A stretch of 64,000 nucleotides of DNA. Source: Octopus vulgaris. Taxonomy: Eukaryota. The stretch spans positions 59,892,001 to 59,956,000 of the forward strand of contig OX597820.1 in the NCBI GenBank assembly GCA_951406725.2. Reading direction: 5' to 3'. Positions 54,149 to 64,000 of the stretch are shown here, piece after piece. The position numbers and the translations under genes were made by a program. Position 1 is the stretch's first letter. Every line of letters starts with the position of its first letter. The notes under the pieces are model-generated. The model was given only the letters and a program-made list of their open reading frames with translations. It did no database searches and was not told the origin of the DNA.

Positions 54149-55821
54149 CTAGCTTAAGGTAACCCGCTCTACGCGCGGGTAAGGTTGTGGTTGTTACTTT
54201 CTGTTGCTTCCTTTCTGTTTCTTATCGCCACATTCTCTTGTTTCTCTCTCTTTTCTCACTTTCCCAATCTCTTATTCTTCCTTTCTCTCGGACGCTCCCT
54301 CGCTTTCTCTTACTTTTTATCTTTCTCTATCTATCTCCCTCCCATTTATAAATAATTTGATTTCCGCGTTTAAATTACAAATCAGCTTCCACTTTATCAT
54401 ATTTAAAATTTGATTGAAATCGGGCAAAAGGTGTCCGATCTAGACCCCCAAGTGTCCCCCCAAATCAATAAAATACCAGTTTTCACACCAAAGCAACCAC
54501 TGTAGTGTCCCAAAACGTCTCGCAATCAATTTCCCACCTCAAGTTACGCCCTCCTGTAAATTTTAATCTCCTTCCAGCCCCATTTAGACCCCTTTTTACA
54601 TAAAAATCTAATTTGTATCAACGTTCGCCTTCTTCATTTTATAGATTAGACAGATATACCGGTCCTTGCTCGGGATTAAAATAGTTTATTATCATTTTAC
54701 TTGTTTCGGCATTATAACCCGATTTCGTTCGGGTGTACGCGGGCCATATTTTAAAAGATTAGAAATTTTGCCCTAGAGGCGATGCCCTTCAACTGAGCAA
54801 ACTCAATGTTGCCATGCAAACTCACTAGCACTTTTAAGGTGTGCATTTTAGCTGAATCCGATCATATATGCACACATTATATATATATATACATACGCAT
54901 TAAATATGTATATATATACGCATTATATATACATGTCTACACACATATATATATATGTATATATATATGTATACATATATATATATGTATATATATATAT
55001 GTATACATATATATATCTACACACATATATATATATCTACACACATATATACAAATATATACACTTTATATATATATATACATATTATATATATATTTAT
55101 ATAAACACTTATATATATAAATTAACACAGTATATCTGATTAGTACTATCTGTTATGATTGTGCGATGGTGGTGGGTGATAATATGTCACCGTTTTAAAA
55201 GACGGGTATATTTGAACTGTTGCTACTGTAGCGCTTTCTCTCAATAGATAGAGGCAGAAATACAGTGAGAAAGGTGGTAGGAGAAAGAGTGACAGAGAGA
55301 CGGCGAAGCAGTCAAACGTCGTTATAGAGAGAAAGTTATAGAGGGAAAGTGCAGACAGACGTACGGAGAGAGAGAGAGAGAAGATGTGGGAGAAAGAGTG
55401 ACAGTGCTGGCGAAGGCGGCGGGGGAAAGATAGTGGAAGCTTCAAACGTCGTTATAGAGAGAAAGTGAAGGGAAAGGAGGAAAGAGAGAGAGACGGATGA
55501 AGACAGGCAGATAAGAGAAAGAGAGAAACGACAAACACTTGTCAAAATGTGGGGTTTTTTGCCCTAGTAACCTATCCCAGTCACATCCTCGCCTCGTTTT
55601 ACATATCCCTGTAAATTTTGGAGCGAATCCGACCGGATCTAGCGCCATTGAATCCTTACCAAAGCCAAAGTGTGCAAGTTTTTTTCCTCTTTTATATAGG
55701 TAGAGTAGCAGTATAACCCGGCTTTGCCCGGGATTAAGTTAGGATTATTAAGCTAATCAAGTTCTTTATTTCAAACCTAACTAACATCGACGTCAAATTT
55801 GGGCGAAATCCGTTGAAATTG

Positions 55822-55876
<55 letters not shown>

Positions 55877-56250
55877 GCAACACACACACATACACACACG
55901 TACGTACACCTGTTGCATACATGTTTTTTTTGTACGCATGCATGTTGGTGTATGTGTGTGTGTGTTGTGTGTATATCAACAAAACACTGTTTTCCTCGAT
56001 GGAAAAAAAATAACAAAAGTCTTAACAAAAACTTACTCGTCGCTAGAAGGGGACTTAACTCCTGTTTGCAAACAAGGGTGATTTCTCCAACTTGAAAATT
56101 GTTAAAAGTTTTGGTTGAAAATTTATTTTTACTGCTATTTGATGATACCTCTTAGAAAAATAAGTTGACGAAAATACAGCTAGGGTCATAACGAATGGCC
56201 TCCTAAAATTGGAGCGGCATGCGCGCTAATTTGTAGACGTGCATAAATTA

Positions 56251-56292
<42 letters not shown>

Positions 56293-56320
56293 TACACAGC
56301 CTACCTTTTATATATACAGA
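54149..56320 (-). mobile_element. Cluster of co-oriented non-autonomous Helitrons
   Basis: 3' ends (CTAG-like plus GC hairpin) at 54149-54180, about 54646-54675 and 55705-55732; 5' TC...TATAAAA ends at about 54645, 55704 and 56320. Confidence 0.65.
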
Positions 56321-56993
56321 TTAATGCCGATACACTTAACCGATTTTATATTTGTATGGTTTCCAAACGTGCAAGTTTTGAAGGACATGGAGCTGTGTCA
56401 CGAACTGTATCGTTTGTCACACACGCCCTCGTCGTTCAACCGATTGCCTACTTTGCAATTAGGAGCTAAATAACAACGCTATTCTTATTTACCTCTGACA
56501 AACTTCTTTTTACCACATTCACACCACTGCTTTCATTTGCCACAGTCACATTATATCTGTTATTTGATACAGTCCAACCTTGCTATTATTTCAAGTCACA
56601 TCATTGCTGTTGTCACAATTAGGCCTCTACAGGTATTTACCAATGACACAAGACAGCAGTTATTTATCATCATCACATCATTGCCGGTTCTTACGACGAA
56701 CACACCACTTTGTATTTACCAGAAACACACTTTTACTGATATTTTTCCGGGGCAACACCACAGTTATTATTTGCAGTTCTGCATTAGCTGAAACCCGGGG
56801 AAAATATAGATATGAATGAACATCTTAACCGTAAACCTGGGAGCGAAGGCAAAATTGAAGTGGGGTTTAGCCTCTGTTGAACTTAAAGCATCATGTTAAG
56901 TTTCAAAAGATATGCTTTTACAACCCAGTCGAAGATCCCCATTATGTTACACTTCTTAGAAGGACCTTACACTCGTAATATTCTGAAATGGCA

Positions 56994-57206
56994 AGGCGGT
57001 GAGCTGGCAGAAGCGTTAACCCGCCGGGCGAAATGCTTAACGGTATTTCGTCTGTCTTTACGTTCTGAGTTCAAATTCCGCCGAGGTCGACTTTGTCTTT
57101 CATCCTTTCGGGGTCGATAAATTAAGTACCAGTTGCGTACTGGGGTCGATCTAATCGACTGGCCCTCTCTGCCAAAATTGCGGGCCTTGTGCATGGAGTA
57201 GAAAAG
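56994..57206 (+). mobile_element. SINE family A with 17-bp TSD (further copies at 57280-57478 and 57490-57705, - strand)
   Basis: TSD AATATTCTGAAATGGCA at 56977-56993 and 57207-57223. Confidence 0.9.
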
Positions 57207-58681
57207 AATATTCTGAAATGGCATCAAGTGTTATTAATTTCATGTGCTATAAGACCTTCTTGCTAATATAATTGATTCAAATTTTGAAAAAAGGCCAGCA
57301 ATTTTAAAGGAATGGCTAAGTCGATTACATCAAACTCTATGCTCAACTACTACTTTATTTTATCGACCCCAAGTTGCTTGCCCTCGTTGGAATTTGATCC
57401 CAGATCGTAAAGAACCACAAGAAATCTCACTAAGTATTTTATCCATCATCTTAGCCATTCTGCCAGCTCGCCGCCTCTTTGACCAAAATGATAATCCTTT
57501 CTGCTACAAGCAAGGCCCGAAATTTTAGGGATGGGGCTAGACGATTACATTGACCTAAACTAAACTGGTACATATTTCATCGATCCTGAAAGGATGAACC
57601 ACAAAGATGACCTCAGTGGAATTTGAACTCAAAACGTAAAGACGGACGAAATGCTGCTAAGCATTTTCCCCGGCGTGCTAACAATTTTATCGGCTCCCCG
57701 CTTTCCTGCTAAACTAATACTGCCAACAATAGTGATAACCATTCTGGGATAGATATTAAAAATTAATCTAAATGCCGAATACATTAAAACTTATCAACAC
57801 AAAAATTATTGGTAAGACAATTTCTTTTAAAATATATGCCAACTGCAAACATAAGTGCCAGACGTTTTGTCTGTGAAAAAAGAAAAAAACAAAGAAAACA
57901 GAGATCATATACATTCTAGGAGTAGGTAGCTCAGAGGATATGAACATTTAATTAAAAATCATAAAGAAAGGGAACTTTTATTGACAGGTGCATTACCATC
58001 TAATCCTTGGATGCCTTTAGAGATTTTGTACTATGAGTTCAAATCCCTCGGAGATCAGGATCACTTCTCCTTCTTTCGGGGTTGTACTATTCGAGAGTGG
58101 TGGATTGGCAGAATTATGAGTGGGTCGAATAATATGCTTTATGACATTTGTTTCTGCTCTTTACGTTCTGAGCAAGTATTTGGATGGTTGACTTAAACAG
58201 TTGCCTGTGTTAATAACACACGTTGGAATTCAGTCGTTTACAAGCATTCGGGCCGGTTCACCGGTTTGAAGAAAAGTTCCTCGTTTCCTTCACAAATCTC
58301 GGGGTCCCTGGAAAAATAAGGGCTCATGAGTATTGTCCTTTTCTTTAGTAAAAAAGTAAACCCAAGTTGCATATGTGTGCATCGGTATTTGTAATCAATG
58401 GTGTAATTCATTACGTTATAAATATCTAACGAATAATGTTTAAATGTTTAAAGTTGGATTTCTCGAAGAGAAAAATAGGGAAAGAAACCATCTCACACGT
58501 GTAATCTAAAAATTCAGTCTGTAAATGTAACAGAAAATATTGAAAAATTTTCTCAAGTTTGACATGTTAATTCCATTAGCGAAAAATGTGTTTCTTAAAA
58601 ACCAACCACTTCTTAAAAGGCTGAATTCGAAATGTAAAAATTATAGAAAAATAAAATAAAATAAAGAAATGACACACTATG

Positions 58682-58749
<68 letters not shown>

Positions 58750-59345
58750 TACATATATACATACATTCATTCATCCATCCTTTCATCCATCCGTACGTAC
58801 GTACGTACATACATACATACATACACACACACATACATACATACATACATACATACATACGTATGTAGGTACGTATATGCATATAGGCAGTCAGTGAATA
58901 TGTGGCATAGATTAATGACATGGATGCGTGCAGATCTGACACAATGGCAGCACACCATGTGTGGCAGACTGTCAGACAGCATTACACGACTAACATCATC
59001 ACCACCATCACCACCACCATGATTCCCACCACCACCACCACCACTTCCACTACTACTACTACTATGACCACAACAACGATAAGAACAAAATTACAGCATT
59101 GCCACACAACCATCACCATTGCTATTACCATTGATAACACAAGACATGACCAACACGCAGGACAACACCTAGAGCAAACGTAGAGCCATGTGTATGTGAG
59201 GTCTCTCAACCGGTTAGGAATAGCAGCCAGGTCATCTTTAGGTCTTTTTTTCTTAAAAAGTACTTTTCTGTGTCAAAGAAAAAAAGTACTTTTAAAAAGA
59301 ACACATTGATTAGTGCGTCATTGATACACAAGTTAAATGATGACA

Positions 59346-59412
<67 letters not shown>

Positions 59413-59984
59413 TAGTATATATATACACGCATACATACATATATACATACATACATACATACATGCATGTATACATACATACACACATACACACACACGT
59501 TTACAATCATGAAAATATTTTCCCGTTATTTTGCAAAATAATTAATAAGATATGTCCGTCTTATAAAACCTCATTAGATTTAAAACGATATTTTTTATTT
59601 TTGGAAGAAAAAAAACCTGTTATTTAATGATGTGGAAACAGCTGTAACTAGATCTGTCATTTGTTTGTATAGAAATAATAAAATTGAATTGAATTTATCA
59701 TTTAATGATTAAATTATTTAATTAGTAAATTTTATTATTTTGTTTATATTTCTAATTTATATTATTTTGATAACCTGATTGTTTATTCTTTACCTATCTG
59801 TTATGAGCGTTAATTCATAACAATGTTATTTATATAGGTACAACAATAGCACTAATATATACTGGACACTTTTCTATATTTTTATACTTTAACCGTATGG
59901 TGCTTTATTTTATTGGAAAACAAATACACTTGTGTGTGTATGTATGTATATATATATATATTGTATGTGTGTGTGTGTGTGTGT

Positions 59985-60510
59985 ATACATCTAAGAAATC
60001 TACTGTGGTGAGATTAATCTCAATGGTGATCTTAAGACCCATTGAGCCTATGGTGCCAATTAGGTCCATTCTAAGTCTATCTAGTGTGTGGCCGTTGACT
60101 CCTCTAGAGATGGCTAGGGTGTCATCTCTGTAGAGGCCGAAAAGGACAGAAGGAAACCTCTGCTCTAAGATGTCAAGGATGTACAGTCCGATAAGATTCA
60201 CAGACATCGGCGCTGTAATATGTTCCCATAGCTATATCAAAGGAGCCCTCGGGATCAGATTGCTTGACCCAAGTGGAATCTTTGCTGAACAGCACCGTCT
60301 TCCTGGCATGCATGATAACTCTGACATCACTATTGCTAATATCTGTGAAGCTCTTGGCAAAGGAAAATGTCTTCAACAATAACTCTTTAGAAATAGACGG
60401 ATAAAATAGACGACAATGTAGAACTGAGTAAATCTAATCCTCCCTCTGTCCCAGTTGGCAATAAACCATGAGGTTACCTCATTGGTGCTGCACCATAGAG
60501 GGAGGCTCGT
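59985..60510 (-). pseudogene. Penelope-like reverse transcriptase core fragment
   Basis: LWCSTNEVTSWF, FYPSISKELLLKTFSFAK, FDIAMGTYYSADVCE, LIGLYIL, GLYRDDTL and GLKITIEINLTTVDFLDV, with frameshifts. Confidence 0.88.
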
Positions 60511-60522
60511 AGAAATTTTGAA

Positions 60523-60634
60523 TTAGGGGTAAGGTTTAGATTAGGGTTAGGGTTAGGTTTAGGGTTAGGTTTAGGTTTTTAGGGTTAGGTTTAGGTTTAG
60601 GGTTAGGGTTAGGATCAGGGTTAGGGTTAGGGTT
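60523..60634 (+). repeat. Interstitial degenerate telomeric repeat (TTAGGG/TTAGGT)n
   Basis: About 18 hexamer units, directly visible. Confidence 0.9.
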
Positions 60635-61052
60635 GATTTCTATCGATTACCTGTTCTATCTGCCATTATTATATTACGTCTTTTCCTTGGAGTTTTTTAT
60701 ACTATTTTTAAATATTCTTATCCCTGATTTTTTATGTCCAATTGCTTCGGCTTCCCAGGGACCACAACTATAAATTGTTTCTTCTCGGGTCATCGACTTT
60801 CTGGGCCTTATTTCCTTCGCATGTCTTTCTCACAGGTGTTTGTTTGAATCGTAATAGTACAGGAGTTGTATTAAAGATATGAATCTAAACTGCCTCGAGG
60901 GATCTGCGAATGTGTTTCTCACTGCATTCTCCTGTATACCTTGAATGTGGCGGGGGTAAGGTATGTCTGGAACACTTTTCATCGGAGATGTGATGAATCA
61001 AGGATGGCTTGAAGCTAAACACCACCAGCACCAACAACATCATCATCATCAA

Positions 61053-61102
<50 letters not shown>

Positions 61103-61773
61103 CCATCATAACAAATACGCAGTTACTGAATTTGCTAAAAATAACAACCAACGCTCTCAAATAGCATCTAATGTCTTAGAAAAGGAATGACATAAACCCA
61201 CAGGATAACGTAGTTTTAGATACACTGATACTAGAGGGAGTTGAAGCTGCTACTTCTAGCTTTCTAATGTTTAATGTTTTAGTCGCAGGTCAGCTTCTGT
61301 CCAATAGACCTCTTCTCAAAAGTGCTCCAACCATGACCATCCCATCTTTTGTGGATATATATCGGGTTTTAATCTTCAATGTCTACTTTAAGGTGATAGG
61401 ACGTGCTTTGAGAGAGATTTTAGGGGGCTCTCTAAATGACATCCCAGCTGTCAAACCCAATTAGACACATTTATCCGTTAATCACACCACTTTACATTCT
61501 TCAGCTAATCGTCAATCCAAAACTGTTCACTTTCACTAAAATTTATATGTTCCCTACCCACCCGCTGCCGAGTTCGTCTACACAGCCGGCCATTTAGACA
61601 AAGACCGCCCATGCATTCTATAATGAGATTCGACAATCTAGTAACATTTGTATACGTATGACTATGGCCGTGTGGTTAAGAAGCTCGCTTCGTACAACAA
61701 TATTCTAGGTTCGATTCCCACTGAGTGACATCTCGGGCAAGTGTCTTTTATTTATGTCCAAACCAGTTAGATA

Positions 61774-62032
61774 GTGGGGGCGCTTGGCATAGTGGTTAGG
61801 GTGTTGAACCCATGATCGTATGGTTGTGGTTTCGATTCCTGGACCGGGCAATGCGTTGCGTTCTTGAGCAAAACACTTCCTTTCTCGTTGCTCCAGTCCA
61901 GTCATCTGGCAAAAATGAGTATTCCTGCGACGGACCGGCGTCCCGTCCAGGTGGGGAATTTCTACGCCACTGAAACCGGGAAGCCGGCCCTTATGAACCT
62001 GGCATGGCTCGAGAAGGAACTTTTTTTTTTCT
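61774..62032 (+). mobile_element. CORE-like SINE family C with 14-bp TSD
   Basis: TSD AAACCAGTTAGATA at 61760-61773 and 62033-62046; A and B boxes intact. Confidence 0.85.
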
Positions 62033-62035
62033 AAA

Positions 62036-63667
62036 CCAGTTAGATATCTTTTAAGGAGCCAAGGAGGGAGATCTTGCAAGTCAATGGGGGATCCTCTAGG
62101 AAGCCTGTAGGGAAACTCTAGCGACGCCGCGTGGGAGCCTCTAGCGAGCCATCGAGAGTACCACTGGTGAGCCAACAAAGGCTACTGCCATTAGAGTAAA
62201 AAAAGTCTTTTATTTTCGTTTTTTGGGTGACCCAAGTTTTGTTATTGAAACCGCCGAGATAGAAACTGTGCTGAAGCCTATGCAACACATTGTGCAGTCA
62301 AACCCGCAGTGTCCATCAACAAGAAATATGAGGTATAGTATTGTTGTTACCAGAAGAACACTCTTCTGGTAAATTTCAAGGCGAACGCACAGCAGTAGAG
62401 ATCTTCAGAGGAAAAACTCCCATCCGACAAGTGTTTTGGCCCTTACACCTGACACTCTCTAGGGGAGCCGGGCCCACCCAGGTCATGACTCATATGTGTC
62501 CTCCTACTGCTTTCCAAAATCCTGTCTCCTGCAGGATTTGATCCTGAGTCATTCTTTTGTTCCCAGGACTGTGTTTCATCCCAGGTCACTCTGACTCACG
62601 AAGGAACCCGTTCTCGTCTTCCTTCTGTTCCTCAAGGAACAATAGCCAAGTGACCCTCAAACCATGCCCTTGAAAAATAAGGGAAAACGCTTTTCAATAA
62701 TGCTATTCTGGCTGCACTGACATCACAATTGTCTTGGGCCTATATAACAACGACAACAAGCTGCAAACACTTTTCATTTTCTGCAACCGAATTGAAACAG
62801 CACACAATCGGCAATCTTGAATAATTCAAGCCAAGAAAATATCTATCTCAGCCAAAATGAATCGAAAGAGCCCCTAGTGAATCAACAAGGAATCTTTTAG
62901 CGTGCCAACGAGAGTCCCTATAATAAGACGACCTGGAGACCACAAGCAAGTCAACACCTGAACTTCTAGCAAGCCAACAGGGTATTCTCTCGCGAGCCAA
63001 GAAGAGACCCTCTAACAAGCCGTGGGCAGAGCCTTTAGCGAGCCATAGAGGAAGCCCCTAGCGAACCAACGCGGGAGCCTCTAGCGATCCGACGTGGGAG
63101 ACTAGCGAACCAACGTGGGAGCCTCTAGCGAGCCAGTTAGAGATTTTTTCATGAGCCAAGAAGGGAGATCTTGCAAGTCAATGGGGGATCCTCTCCCCAG
63201 CCTGTAAGGAGACTCTAGCGACGCCGCGTGAGAGCCTTAGCGAGCCATCGAGTAGAACCACTGGTAAGCCAACAAAGGCTACTGTCATGAGGATAAAAAA
63301 AATAAAATAAAATAACAGAAACTCGCTGCAAGGCAAGAGCACAGCAGGAGAAATATTCAGAGGAAGAACTCCCATCCGACAAGTGTTTCGGCCCTTACAC
63401 CTAACACACTACAGGAGCCGGGCCCACCCAGGCCATGACTCATGTGTCCTACAGCTGCTTTCCAAAATCCTGTCTCCAACGGAATTTGATCCTGGGTCGT
63501 TCTTTTGTTCCCAGGTTTGTGTTTCAGCCCAGGCCACTCTGACTGACGAAGGAACCAGCTTTCTTCTTCCTTCTGTTCCTCAAAGAATCTAGCTAAGTGC
63601 CCTTTAAACCATGCCCTTGAAAAATAAGGAAGAACGCTTTCGAACAATGCTATTCTGGCTGCACTGT
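62036..63667. repeat. Diverged tandem duplication (62036-62719 vs 63133-63667) with a ~23-bp minisatellite
   Basis: Shared blocks GGGAGATCTTGCAAGTCAATGGGGGATCC and AACTCCCATCCGACAAGTG...TGCTATTCTGGCTGCACTG; units like GAGCCTCTAGCGAGCCAACGTGG at about 62870-63135. Confidence 0.85.
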
Positions 63668-63968
63668 CTGAAAAAGAGAAAAGCAGCATGGTCATGAATA
63701 GTATATATCTCTGATCATCAGCGCTGGCCTAGGGTTAAACAACAACATCTACTATTATCTAAGAACATGGTAGGTATAATTAACTCCAGATCCTTTCTAA
63801 AAGTCCACGACCTCGATATAGCGACACCTGTGGGAGACGTGACAGAATTTGAAGAGAGTCAAACATTTCACATTAAATTCTGTTCGAAAATCACGATGGC
63901 GCACTATTCCAAAACCTTTGATAACGTTTAAACATAGTTATCGTTGTCATCGTCGAAGTAGTAGCAGC

Positions 63969-64000
<32 letters not shown>

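Noticed and set aside
59557-59650. GAAAC-AGCU-GUA with upstream CUUAUAA (similar relics near 7905-7945, 33290-33345 and 38510-38565)
   Set aside because: The catalytic core is mutated; plausible relics but not supportable as ribozymes.
62870-63135. CRISPR-like array (also the repeats at 12676-12765)
   Set aside because: Contiguous degenerate units without unique spacers, no cas genes, and a eukaryotic context; the 12.7-kb repeats are MULE subterminal repeats.

Overview
AT-rich, microsatellite-dense animal genomic DNA with one 100-N scaffold gap (19223-19322). The SINE families present suggest a cephalopod, probably Octopus; this is inferred from recognising the repeats, not from a search. 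I can support no intact host protein-coding gene, and almost all listed ORFs are translations of microsatellites or SINEs. The window is a transposon mosaic: Tc1, mariner, hAT, MULE, pogo-like MITEs, stacked Helitrons, RTE, R4-like and Tx1-like LINE remnants, three tRNA-derived SINE families (called A, B and C here) and several Penelope-like elements (PLEs). The strongest signal is nine recognisable type-I hammerhead ribozyme (HHR) motifs from about seven unrelated sequence families. Most have the short self-complementary stem III typical of PLE HHRs, and several sit beside (TA)n tracts. Two belong to a very young PLE with an open GIY-YIG endonuclease frame and a near-perfect 1035-bp inverted pseudo-LTR. 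Two others belong to a ~475-bp non-coding element that joins a tRNA-like Pol III head to an HHR and inserted with a PLE-style inverted copy. That element is a candidate PLE-mobilised ribozyme SINE (retrozyme-like). All coordinates were read by eye, and the boundaries of decayed elements are approximate.
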